Source: Microbacterium sp. 70-16
GTDB lineage: Bacteria > Actinomycetota > Actinomycetes > Actinomycetales > Microbacteriaceae
Length of the DNA stretch: 64,000 nt
Assembly (NCBI RefSeq): GCF_001898315.1
Contig: NZ_MKTQ01000009.1
Span: forward strand, 49,974-113,973
Direction of reading: 5' to 3'
The notes beneath the pieces were generated by a model, which had not been told where the DNA came from, ran no database searches, and saw nothing but the letters and a program-made list of their open reading frames with translations. A program made the position numbers and the translations under genes. Numbering within the stretch: the first letter of the stretch is position 1; each line of letters starts with the position of its first letter. Below are positions 1 to 8,532 of this stretch, in pieces.

Positions 1-590
1 TCCGCGAACTCGACGCGACGACGTTCTGGCGCGACTACGTCGGCGCGGGCCTCTCGCCGCGCGCGCAGGCCCTGCTCGAAGCCGAGGCACACGACCTGAT
101 GTACCGGTACGGGCGGGCCAAGAGCCGCCGCAGCCTCCGCAGCGGCATCCGCGACCTTCTCGAGCAGACGCGCGCCGCGGGCATCCCCGTCGTCGTCGTG
201 TCGAACACCATCAGCGGACGCGCCGTGCGCGCCGAGTGCGCCGCGCACGGCATCGACCACCTGATCGCGGCGTACGTGTGCTCGGACGAGAACGGGTTCC
301 GCAAGCCCGACACCCGCATCGTCACCGAAGCCCTCGTCATCGCGGCCGCCGACGGCGCCCACACGTGGTTCCTCGGCGACAAGCCGCACAACGATGCGGC
401 CGTCGCCCTCGCCGCCGGCATCGCCCACCGCGTGCTCGTGCGCGGCGGCACGACCGACGACGTCGAACTCGACACCGCCCTGGCATCCGGCCTCGCGACC
501 GACGTCGTCGACTCCGCGAGCGAGCTCGCCGGCCTCATGACCTCCCCTGTCCGCACATCCCGTGACGCAGCCCGCGTTCCGGCTCCGTGA
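1..590 (+). CDS. HAD-superfamily hydrolase, C-terminal part (5' end outside window)
   Basis: Frame 3 is open from the window start to the TGA at 588-590; track ORF 99..590 is only the Met-bounded part. The translation has HAD motif II/III/IV-like segments (VVVVSNT, FRKPD, FLGDKPHND). The N-terminal DxD motif would lie upstream of the window. Confidence 0.7.
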   Translation, partial: RELDATTFWRDYVGAGLSPRAQALLEAEAHDLMYRYGRAKSRRSLRSGIRDLLEQTRAAGIPVVVVSNTISGRAVRAECAAHGIDHLIAAYVCSDENGFRKPDTRIVTEALVIAAADGAHTWFLGDKPHNDAAVALAAGIAHRVLVRGGTTDDVELDTALASGLATDVVDSASELAGLMTSPVRTSRDAARVPAP

Positions 591-615
591 ATCCCGAACC
601 GCAAGGAGAACGACC

Positions 616-1515
616 GTGACCGAGACCGACCTCACCTACCGACGCGAAGGCGCGCTGCGCGGCATCGGTGCCCCCGGGGGCGACCTCACGACCCCGCAGA
701 AACTCATGATCTTCGTGCTGTCGATGGCCCTGTTCGGGCTGTCGAACATCATCCTCGAGGTCATCCCCGACGTCTCGATCGGCCCGATCGACGTCTCCGT
801 CAGCTACTTCGTCTTCGTCCCGCTCACGATGGTGGCGCTGTTCAGCCCGTTCTGGGCAGCCCTGGGCGCGCCCCTCGGCGAGATCATCTTCACCGACCTG
901 CTGATGGGCGACTTCTCGGGCCTGGCCGAGGTCGAGGGCTTCATCCAGATGTTCCTCGCCCTGTACATCGCGGGCACGCTCATCCGGAACCCCCGCTCAC
1001 GCACCCAGATCTGGATCGGCGCGATCACGGTCGTGCTGATCGACAAGGCGCTGTCGGCGATCGTCGACCTGTCGAAGGTGTGGATCGGCCTCGAAGACCC
1101 CGAGTTCGTCGAAGGCCTGCCGCAGTCGATCCTCGCGATCGAGGGCATCGGCCTCGGCGTCGACATCCTCATCAGCGGCATCCTGTTCGGTGCGATCCCC
1201 GCGATGTGGCTGATCCCGGCGCTGCACGGCAAGATCGAGCCGCTGCTGGGCGTGCGCCCGCGCGTTCCCGGTGAGCCGATCCCCGGTGCGGCTCCCAAGG
1301 CCGGCTGGTTCGTCGCCGTCGCCGTACTGCTGGCGATCGCGTCGTTCTTCTTCGCCTTCCTCGAGGCGTGGGACATCTCGATCGGCGCGGTCGAGACCGA
1401 GCTGCTCGACCAGTACGGCGACGGATTCCTGTGGGTGAGCGTCGGCGCGATCGTCGTGACCCTCGGCATCGCCCTGGTGCTGTTCCGCCTCTACCGCAAG
1501 AACCAGGAGCGCTGA
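616..1515 (+). CDS. Polytopic membrane protein, probable ECF transporter S (substrate-capture) component of unknown specificity
   Basis: Track ORF 562..1515. I prefer the in-frame GTG at 616 because AAGGAG lies 7-12 nt upstream. The product is almost entirely hydrophobic helices and has no ATPase or T-component motifs. It ends 2 nt before the ECF A-A' gene, which is the usual S-component position. The family is not recognisable by eye. Confidence 0.6.
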   Translation: MTETDLTYRREGALRGIGAPGGDLTTPQKLMIFVLSMALFGLSNIILEVIPDVSIGPIDVSVSYFVFVPLTMVALFSPFWAALGAPLGEIIFTDLLMGDFSGLAEVEGFIQMFLALYIAGTLIRNPRSRTQIWIGAITVVLIDKALSAIVDLSKVWIGLEDPEFVEGLPQSILAIEGIGLGVDILISGILFGAIPAMWLIPALHGKIEPLLGVRPRVPGEPIPGAAPKAGWFVAVAVLLAIASFFFAFLEAWDISIGAVETELLDQYGDGFLWVSVGAIVVTLGIALVLFRLYRKNQER

Positions 1516-1517
1516 TC

Positions 1518-3296
1518 GTGAGCGACCCCGTCGTCGTCATCGAGAACCTGTCCTTCCGATACCCGGGAGCGGATGCCGATGTGCTCCGCAACGTCAACCT
1601 CACGATCGAGCGCGGCGACTTCGTCGCGGTCGTCGGAGGCAACGGGGCGGCCAAGACCACGCTCTGCAAGAGCATCAACGGTCTGATCCCGCACTACTGG
1701 GCCGGAGAGTTCGCAGGTTCCGTGACGGTCGACGGGGTCGACACGTACACCTCCAGCGTCGCCGAGCTGTCGACGAAGGTCGGGTACGTCTACCAGGACT
1801 TCCAGAACCAGCTCGTGCGCCCCACCGTCCGCGACGACGTCGCGTTCGGCCCCATCAACTTCGGTCGCGACTCGCATGCCGCAGACACGGATGCCGCGCT
1901 GGATGCCCTCGGCATCGCCGGGATCGAGGGCCGCTACATCTGGCAGCTGTCGGGCGGTCAGGCGCACCTGACGGCGCTTGCCGGGGCGCTTGCGCTGAAG
2001 CCCGCCGTCATCATCGTCGACGAGCCCGTCGCCGAGCTCGACCCCGCCCGCGCCGAGGAGATCTACGAGCGCCTCGCCGAGCTCAATCGCCAGGGCGTCA
2101 CGATCATCACGATCGAGCACCACGCCGAATTCGTCGCCCGCTACGCCCGCTCGGTCGTGCTGATGGCCCACGGGTCGCCGGTGTGGCACCTGCCGATCGA
2201 CGAGGCGCTCGCGCGCACCGCCGAGCTCGAAGAGCACGGCATCCCCGCTCCGCAGGCCGTGCAGGCTGTGCGGGCATTGGGAGTGGATGCCGCGCCCCGC
2301 ACCCCCGCAGAGGCGGCCGCGCTGCTCGGTGGGCGCGTTGCAGTGGGTCGCGAGCGGGCGGCTTTCGTGGACGACGAGGCGGACCCCTCGGCATCCCCCG
2401 GACGCATCGTCGCCGAGATGACGAACGTGACCCACGGCTACAAGGCCGTCGGCGGCTCGATCACGCGCGTGCTCGACGGGCTCGACACGACGCTGCACGC
2501 GGGCGAGCGGATCGCGCTGGTCGGCGGCAACGGTGCCGGCAAGTCGACGCTGCTGAAGCTGCTGGCCGGCATCATCGTCGCGCGCGAGGGCGAGGTCACG
2601 ATCGACGGCCGCAGCACCCGGTCGGTGTCGGCGCGCGAGATGGCGACGACGGCGGCCTACCTCGCGCAGCATCCGCAGCTCATGTTCTTGAAGGGCACCG
2701 TCCGCGACGACATCGCCCTCTTCCCCCGCTCGCACCGGATGCCCGACACCGACGCGATCGTGCAGCGTGTGCTCGACCGCGTGGGGCTCGTGCCGCTCGC
2801 CGAGCGCGACGGACGCACGCTGTCGGGCGGCCAGCAGCGCCGCGCGACGCTCGCCATCGGGCTCGCGATGCGTCCGAAGCTGCTGCTGCTGGACGAGCCG
2901 ACCTCGAGCCTCGACACGCAGAGTCGCGACGACGTGACGACGATGCTCGCCGAGCTCGCCGATTCGATCGAGTGCACCGTCGTCGCGACGCACGACATGC
3001 AGCTCGTCGCCGAATGGGCCAGTCGCGTGCTCGTGCTCGACGGCGGCAAGGTGCTCGCCGACGTCACGCCGCGCGAGCTGTTCGCGGACGCCGCGCTGCT
3101 CGAGCGGGTGCGCCTGCGCCCGCCGCAGATCGCCGTAGTCGGGCGGGAGTTGGGGCTCGATTCGGTGCCGCTGTCGGTGGCGGAGTTGGTGGATGCCGTG
3201 CGGTCGGCGGAGTTAGTCGGGGTGTCGGCGGAGGCGGTGGTTGGGGCGTCAGCGGCTGTGACCGGCCCGGCCCGACCGGAACTGGAGGTGGTGTGA
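1518..3296 (+). CDS. Energy-coupling factor (ECF) transporter ATPase, fused EcfA-EcfA' (two ABC cassettes)
   Basis: Track ORF 1368..3296 trimmed to the GTG at 1518 (VSDPVVVIENLSFRY, a typical ABC N-terminus). Two full cassettes are present: Walker A GGNGAAKTT and GGNGAGKST, signatures LSGGQAHL and LSGGQQRR, Walker B IIVDEP and LLLDEP. Confidence 0.9.
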   Translation: MSDPVVVIENLSFRYPGADADVLRNVNLTIERGDFVAVVGGNGAAKTTLCKSINGLIPHYWAGEFAGSVTVDGVDTYTSSVAELSTKVGYVYQDFQNQLVRPTVRDDVAFGPINFGRDSHAADTDAALDALGIAGIEGRYIWQLSGGQAHLTALAGALALKPAVIIVDEPVAELDPARAEEIYERLAELNRQGVTIITIEHHAEFVARYARSVVLMAHGSPVWHLPIDEALARTAELEEHGIPAPQAVQAVRALGVDAAPRTPAEAAALLGGRVAVGRERAAFVDDEADPSASPGRIVAEMTNVTHGYKAVGGSITRVLDGLDTTLHAGERIALVGGNGAGKSTLLKLLAGIIVAREGEVTIDGRSTRSVSAREMATTAAYLAQHPQLMFLKGTVRDDIALFPRSHRMPDTDAIVQRVLDRVGLVPLAERDGRTLSGGQQRRATLAIGLAMRPKLLLLDEPTSSLDTQSRDDVTTMLAELADSIECTVVATHDMQLVAEWASRVLVLDGGKVLADVTPRELFADAALLERVRLRPPQIAVVGRELGLDSVPLSVAELVDAVRSAELVGVSAEAVVGASAAVTGPARPELEVV

Positions 3297-4120
3297 TGGC
3301 CCGCGTGCATCACGACGTGCTGTCGGTCGAGTGGATCAAGCTGGAGCTCATCCGCACGGCGTATGCGACCCGCGGCGGCCTGTTCGCGGCGATGGACCCG
3401 CGCGCGGTCGTCGTCTGGTACATCGTGCTGGCGATCGTGCCGTGGTTCACGCACAACATCACCGTGCTCGCAGGCCTGTTCGCGATCGGTGTCGTGTCGA
3501 TCTTCCTCGCGCGGGTCGGGCCCCTGATCCTCGGCCTGTTCGTGCTCGGGATGGGCATGGAAGTCGTCTACATGTCGATTGCGGCATGGCTTTTCGGTGG
3601 CAACATCGATACCGTCATCGCGCTGGCCGCGCTCAACCTCAAGCTCGGCGTGGTGGCGCTTGCGAGCATGGCGGCGTTCGTGTCGCTCGACCCCGAGAAG
3701 CTCTCCGATGCGCTGCTCGCGTTCCGCGCGCCGCAGATGCTGGCGTTCGGCGTGAGCTACGGATATCGCATGCTGCCGATCCTCATCGAGGAGTTCAGCA
3801 CCGTCTTCGAGGGCTACCGCCTGCGCACCGCGCCGCCGGCGAAGAAGGGCCTGCTGGGATGGCGCGTCGGCGTGCAGTGGGCGCAGCTCGCGGTGCTGTC
3901 GTTCTACCCGATCTTCCTCAACACGGCGAAGTCGGTGCGCACGACGGTCGAGGCGCTCGAGACCCGCGGATTCACGCACGGCGCCGCGAACGCCAACGGC
4001 CGCCGCATCCGCATGGCGAAGCTGCACATCCGCCCGCTCGATGTCATCGTCCTCGTCGTGACGCTCTTCGCGATCGCCGTCGCCTTCGCCGCCGGCGCCG
4101 CCTGGCCGGTCTACCGATAG
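3296..4120 (+). CDS. ECF transporter transmembrane (T) component, CbiQ/EcfT family
   Basis: This is the C-terminal part of track ORF 2183..4120. The ATG at 3296 overlaps the upstream TGA. It encodes 274 aa with multiple hydrophobic helices and an ALETRGF-type coupling motif near the C-terminus. It is positioned after the A-A' gene. Confidence 0.85.
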   Translation: MARVHHDVLSVEWIKLELIRTAYATRGGLFAAMDPRAVVVWYIVLAIVPWFTHNITVLAGLFAIGVVSIFLARVGPLILGLFVLGMGMEVVYMSIAAWLFGGNIDTVIALAALNLKLGVVALASMAAFVSLDPEKLSDALLAFRAPQMLAFGVSYGYRMLPILIEEFSTVFEGYRLRTAPPAKKGLLGWRVGVQWAQLAVLSFYPIFLNTAKSVRTTVEALETRGFTHGAANANGRRIRMAKLHIRPLDVIVLVVTLFAIAVAFAAGAAWPVYR

Positions 4121-4135
4121 CGGTCGGCGGCGCGG

Positions 4136-5137
4136 TCAGGCCTTCGCGCGGGCGGCGAGGACGCCGAGCAGGGCGGCGCCGGTCGCGGCATCCTCGACCG
4201 TGACGGTGATGACCTTGCCGTTCGTCCGGTGCACGCGGATGCCGGGGCCCGAGCGCAACACGATGCCGAAACCTCCGCCGGGAGCCCAGCGCATGCCCCA
4301 GCCGCCGAACTCCCCCATCGGGTTGACGTCGACTGCCTCGGCCGATGCGATGTCGCGCAGCGGCACGTGCAGACGCGGCAGACCCACGATCGAGTTGACG
4401 GTCAGACCCGCCGCGTCCACGCGCACGTGGAAGGCGAGCGTCGAGACGACAGCGGCGGCACACACGACGGTCACGACGACGAGGATCACGACCGTGCCCG
4501 CCGGCGCATCCGCGAAGGCGGTCACGAGAGTGACCACGACCAGCAGCACGAACGCCGCGACGAGCGCGATCGCGGCGCCGCGTGCAAGCTGCACGCGCTG
4601 CAGCCAGACGGCGCGTTCGTCGCCGTCGAGCTCGATGGGCGCCTCCGGCGCGAGCAGTGTCGGGCGGTAGGGTTCGTCGGGCTGAATCAGCCACCCGACC
4701 ACCCCCGTGACGACCGCGACGGCGAACGCGACGACGAGCGGGACGACGACCGATGGGGCATCCTGCCACGACGCGAGATCGGCCTGCGCGACGAAGGTCC
4801 ACGCGCCGAGCACGCCCATGAGCACCGAGGTCGCGAGAGCGACCGCACCGAGCAGGCGATAGGTCGCGCCGCGGTCGCCGCGCCGCAGCCCGGCGTGCGC
4901 CGAGAGTGCGATGAGCAGCGGCACGCCGAGTCCGACGACGAGCGTCAAGACGATCAGCAGCCACGCGGGGCCCGAGCCGTTCGGCCCACCGCCTGAGCCC
5001 CAGTGGATCGCAATCGGATCGGGCACGCGCGGCAACACGATCAGCTGGATCGCGACCGCGATCGCCGTCACGATGAGCGGCAGCATGAGGGCCACGAGAG
5101 TGAAACGGCGGACGGCGAGCGGGGCACGGCCGGTCAT
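4136..5137 (-). CDS. Membrane protein, DUF1648/SdpI-like N-terminus with soluble C-terminal domain
   Basis: 333-aa ORF. PDPIAIHWGSGGGPNG follows the first TM helix, then come several further TM helices and a ~90-aa C-terminal soluble part. The start ATG overlaps the stop of the upstream GntR gene (ATGA). Confidence 0.7.
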   Translation of the reverse strand: MTGRAPLAVRRFTLVALMLPLIVTAIAVAIQLIVLPRVPDPIAIHWGSGGGPNGSGPAWLLIVLTLVVGLGVPLLIALSAHAGLRRGDRGATYRLLGAVALATSVLMGVLGAWTFVAQADLASWQDAPSVVVPLVVAFAVAVVTGVVGWLIQPDEPYRPTLLAPEAPIELDGDERAVWLQRVQLARGAAIALVAAFVLLVVVTLVTAFADAPAGTVVILVVVTVVCAAAVVSTLAFHVRVDAAGLTVNSIVGLPRLHVPLRDIASAEAVDVNPMGEFGGWGMRWAPGGGFGIVLRSGPGIRVHRTNGKVITVTVEDAATGAALLGVLAARAKA

Positions 5138-5502
5138 GCGGATTCCTCCAGGGTCAGAGCGGCGTGGCGGGCCAGCGCGGCGAACGCGTCGGCGGAGACA
5201 CCGAGCTCACACGCCCGGCGGGCGACCTCGGTGAGGTCGGCGTGCAGCGCGGCCGACTGCGCCGCGGCGGCGGTCACGACGGCACCGCGGCCGCGGTGCA
5301 TCTGCACGAGTCCTTCGTCGCGCAACTGCTGGTACGCGTGCAGCACGGTGTGCAGGTTCACCTCGAGCGCGGCGGCCAGTTCGCGCGCCGACGGCAGGCG
5401 CTCCCCCGCCCGTACCCGGCCGGCGACGACCTCGGCGCGCACGGCGTCGGCGAGCTGCGTGAACAGCGGCGTCGTCGCCTGCGGATCGATGCGGAGGAGC
5501 AT
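5134..5502 (-). CDS. GntR-family transcriptional regulator (short, YtrA-like)
   Basis: 122 aa. It has a GntR winged-helix segment (LPSARELAAALEVNLHTVLHAYQQLRDEGLV) and only a short C-terminal extension. It is translationally coupled to the downstream membrane protein. Confidence 0.85.
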   Translation of the reverse strand: MLLRIDPQATTPLFTQLADAVRAEVVAGRVRAGERLPSARELAAALEVNLHTVLHAYQQLRDEGLVQMHRGRGAVVTAAAAQSAALHADLTEVARRACELGVSADAFAALARHAALTLEESA

Positions 5503-5508
5503 GTGCCT

Positions 5509-5533
5509 ATTCTAGTACAACTAGAACAGTTGT
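5509..5533 (-). promoter_or_regulatory. Putative leaderless promoter plus operator of the GntR/membrane-protein operon
   Basis: The minus strand reads TAGAAT (5514-5509) 6 nt before the ATG at 5502, with no Shine-Dalgarno in between. Two overlapping inverted repeats cover the site: TTCTAGT-aca-ACTAGAA (5510-5526) and ACAACT-agaac-AGTTGT (5517-5533). Confidence 0.4.
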
Positions 5534-5586
5534 GAAAGGCGGACAATCGATGTGCCCGGCATCCACCCCCTCGGCACACTGGCGGA

Positions 5587-6060
5587 ATGCGAATCACTCC
5601 CCGCCGCCTCGCGATCGGTATGAGCCTGTGGGCACCGAACCTGTTCAGCGGCATCCGCGTGAAGAAGTTCTCGGATGACTGGACGCGTGCGACCGTCGAA
5701 CTGCACGTCAACGTGATCACCCGCAACTACGTCAAGACCGCGTTCGGCGGGTCGCTGTCGGCGATGACCGACCCGTACTTCTTCATGCTCGTGTTGCACC
5801 AGCTCGGCCGCGACTACGTCGTGTGGGACACCCGCGGCGAGATCGAGATGCTCAAGCCCGGGCGCGGCGTGCTGACGGCGCACTTCCATGTGCCGAGTGA
5901 GCAGGCCGCCGCTCTGCGCGAGCGTGCCAAGGGCGGCGCGAAGGTGCTCGAGTGGTTCGAGACCGACATCACGGATGCCTCGGGCGACGTCGTCGCGCAC
6001 GTGCGCCGCGAGGTGTACGTCCGCGAGAAGCGGCGCGTGACCGACGCTGCGGCGGGGTGA
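5587..6060 (+). CDS. Hotdog-fold protein, DUF4442/YiiD_C-like (putative acyl-CoA thioesterase)
   Basis: 157-aa ORF. The GGSLSAMTDPYFFMLVL segment and overall length resemble the DUF4442 hotdog family. Assignment is by recollection of the family pattern only. Confidence 0.6.
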   Translation: MRITPRRLAIGMSLWAPNLFSGIRVKKFSDDWTRATVELHVNVITRNYVKTAFGGSLSAMTDPYFFMLVLHQLGRDYVVWDTRGEIEMLKPGRGVLTAHFHVPSEQAAALRERAKGGAKVLEWFETDITDASGDVVAHVRREVYVREKRRVTDAAAG

Positions 6061-6064
6061 CGCC

Positions 6065-6970
6065 TCAGGCGCTCGGCGCGAGTGTGGGCTGTGCGGCGGC
6101 TTTCACGTCGGCCTTCGCAGATCTCGCGTCGGCCTTCGCTGCAGCTTTCGCCTCGGCGAGCGCGGCGCGCACGGCGGGCAGTAGCGCCTCGGCCGTGCGA
6201 CGGTAGCCGAGGGCGCTCGGGTGGAACCGGTCGAGGCTGAACATCTCCTCGGGCTGTGTCACGAAGAACGGGCCGACCGCGCGGCGCAGCGACACCGCGC
6301 GGGCACCGCGGCGGGCGACGACCTCGGCCTGCGCGTCGGCGAGCTGACGTGACAGTCGCGCGCCGAGCGCGCGCAAGGGCTGCGGGACGGGTCGTAGCGA
6401 CCCGAGATCGGGGCACGTGCCCACCACGACGGCGGCGCCGAGATCCTGCAGACGCCCGACCGCCTCGTCGAGGTGTCCGACCGAGGTCGAGACCGACACG
6501 CGGTGCGTGACGTCATTGCCGCCCACGACGATCACGGCGACATCGGGACGGTAATCGTCGGGCAGACCGTCGATCTGCGCCGCAAGCATCGACGACTCGG
6601 CGCCGACGACGGCGGCCGTCCGCAGCCGCACCCGGCGCCGCTGTGCGCGAGCGAGCCCTTTCGCGAGCCGAGCCCCGAGGGTGTCTTTGCGCCGCTCGGC
6701 GCCGAGCCCCGCCGCGATCGAGTCGCCCAGGACCACGAGCTCGAGCGGGCGCCCCTCGAAGCGCGCACCCCACACGCGGTCAGAGTCCACGGCATCGTCG
6801 CCGTCGAACGGCTTGCCGATGCGCCGCCGCGCGACGGCGGCCTGGCGCACGAGCATCGCACGCGCACCGAGGAACACGAGTCCAGCCGCCGCCACGGTGC
6901 CGACCGCCGCGACGACAGCGGGCCGCGGCGCGGCGGCGCGCGATGCAGTCATGCGCCCATGCCAGCCCAT
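6065..6970 (-). CDS. SGNH/GDSL-family hydrolase with N-terminal membrane anchor
   Basis: 301 aa. It has an N-terminal TM helix, block I VVLGDSIAAG (catalytic Ser), block III GGNDV and block V DRFHPS. The C-terminal tail is Ala/Lys-rich. The start could instead be the internal Met at 6952. Confidence 0.8.
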   Translation of the reverse strand: MGWHGRMTASRAAAPRPAVVAAVGTVAAAGLVFLGARAMLVRQAAVARRRIGKPFDGDDAVDSDRVWGARFEGRPLELVVLGDSIAAGLGAERRKDTLGARLAKGLARAQRRRVRLRTAAVVGAESSMLAAQIDGLPDDYRPDVAVIVVGGNDVTHRVSVSTSVGHLDEAVGRLQDLGAAVVVGTCPDLGSLRPVPQPLRALGARLSRQLADAQAEVVARRGARAVSLRRAVGPFFVTQPEEMFSLDRFHPSALGYRRTAEALLPAVRAALAEAKAAAKADARSAKADVKAAAQPTLAPSA

Positions 6971-7086
6971 CGCGGTGAACAGATGCCATCACGCGAGTGA
7001 CCGCGCGGTGACGCGCCGTGCCGGCGTGCGCCTTACTCGCGCTATGGCGGGCCGAACTACTGATCGCTGGTGCAGGAGTGCGCTCA

Positions 7087-7114
7087 GGGGCAGGTTTGAG
7101 TGCTCACCTGCCCC
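7087..7114 (-). terminator. Stem-loop downstream of hisS (possible intrinsic terminator without U-tract)
   Basis: GGGGCAGGT-ttgagtgctc-ACCTGCCCC, a perfect 9-bp GC-rich stem, lies 43 nt after the hisS stop. No clear U-tract is present on the minus strand. Confidence 0.35.
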
Positions 7115-7156
7115 ACACAGCAGGTTTTCGGCACGCCGAGCCGAGCACGCGCGCCG

Positions 7157-8482
7157 TCAAGAGAGCGGCTTGAGCTCCAGATCGCCGCGGGTGGCGCCGG
7201 CCGACACCGTCGCGAACGCGGTGTAGCCGTCGGCGGCCGCGCGCTCGAGCAGCGCCTTCAGGTTCTTGGTGCGCTGCTCGAGCCGCACCCGCGAGCCCTC
7301 GGCAATGAGCGCCGCCTTCAGCGCGACGAGCTCAGCGACGGGCACGTCGCGATCGTGCACGAGCACGACGGCGGATGCCGCGGCATCCGCACCTGCCTCG
7401 AGCAGGTCGACGATCCGCTCGAAGCCGATCGAGAAGCCGACGGCGGGCACGTCCTGGCCGAGGAACCGGCCGATCATGCCGTCGTAGCGGCCGCCGCCGC
7501 CCAGCGAGTAGTCGACGCTCGGGTGCGCGAGCTCGAAGATCGTGCCGGTGTAGTAGCCCATGCCGCGCACCAGGAACGGATCGAAGTGCAGCGGGACGCC
7601 GCCGGCCGCTCCCCCGCCCGTCGAGCCGCCGGGCGAGGGGCTGGTCGAGGCGCGCGCCGCGCCGACGGCCTCGCCGATCGCGACGAGGTCGGCGACGATC
7701 TCGTCGGGCACACCCTCGGGCAGCGCCTTGCGGATCTGACCCGCACCGTAAGGGCGGAACTCGAGCGTCTGCGGACGGCGCAGGAACGCCTCGAACGCGT
7801 CGACGGCGCTCGCCGATGCGCCGCGCTCGCGCAGCTCGGCGACCACACCCTGATCGCCCAGCTTGTCGAGCTTGTCGATCGTGATGAGCACGCCGGGCCG
7901 CTCGTCAGGGGTGAAGCCGAAGTGCTCGAGCATCCAGTCGAGAGCGCGGCGGTCGTTGATGCGGATCGAGCCACCCTCCAGTCCCAGTGCGTCGAGCGTG
8001 TCGAGGCTCGCGGCGAGCAGCTCGGCCTCGGCGCGCCCGGTGGCATCGCCGATGATGTCGATGTCACACTGCACGAACTGGCGGTAGCGCCCCTTCTGCG
8101 GACGCTCGGCCCGCCACACCGGCGCCATCTGGATCGACCGGAACACCGTCGGCAGTTGCGCCCGGTTCGTCGCGTAGAAGCGGGCCAGCGGCACGGTCAG
8201 GTCGTACCGCAGTCCGAGGTCGCTCAGCGCGGCGGGGTCGTCAGCGGCGGCGCGGATCGCCTCAGCATCCAGCCCCCGCTTGAGCACGTTGAACGCGAGC
8301 TTCTCGTTATCGCCGCCGATCCCGGCGTGGAGGCGGTCGTAGTCCTCGACGACGGGAGTCTCGATCTCGTCGAAGCCGTGCGCGCGATAACGCTCGCGGA
8401 TGACGGCGAGCACGCGCTCGCGGCGGGCCTTGTCGGCGGGGAGGAAGTCGCGCATGCCGCGCGGCGGGTTCACGGATGCCAC
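7157..8482 (-). CDS. hisS: Histidine--tRNA ligase
   Basis: Track ORF 7157..8608 trimmed to the GTG at 8482 (GGAAGAA upstream; N-terminus VASVNPPRGMRDFLP). Class II motifs are present: WRAERPQKGRYRQFVQCDIDIIG, GMGYYTG, GGGRYDGMI and AVGFSIGFERI. Confidence 0.95.
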   Translation of the reverse strand: MASVNPPRGMRDFLPADKARRERVLAVIRERYRAHGFDEIETPVVEDYDRLHAGIGGDNEKLAFNVLKRGLDAEAIRAAADDPAALSDLGLRYDLTVPLARFYATNRAQLPTVFRSIQMAPVWRAERPQKGRYRQFVQCDIDIIGDATGRAEAELLAASLDTLDALGLEGGSIRINDRRALDWMLEHFGFTPDERPGVLITIDKLDKLGDQGVVAELRERGASASAVDAFEAFLRRPQTLEFRPYGAGQIRKALPEGVPDEIVADLVAIGEAVGAARASTSPSPGGSTGGGAAGGVPLHFDPFLVRGMGYYTGTIFELAHPSVDYSLGGGGRYDGMIGRFLGQDVPAVGFSIGFERIVDLLEAGADAAASAVVLVHDRDVPVAELVALKAALIAEGSRVRLEQRTKNLKALLERAAADGYTAFATVSAGATRGDLELKPLS

Positions 8483-8532
8483 GGTGCCATTCTTCCAGGT
8501 CGGCGCAGTGGGCCGTGCGGACGCACCCCGGC

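Noticed and set aside
590-616. Riboswitch or leader upstream of the ECF S component. The regions upstream of corA (51461-51509) and the P-type ATPase (63743-63796) were also checked.
   Set aside because: These intergenic spaces are only about 25-55 nt, far too short for known vitamin or Mg2+ riboswitches, and no conserved riboswitch cores were recognised.
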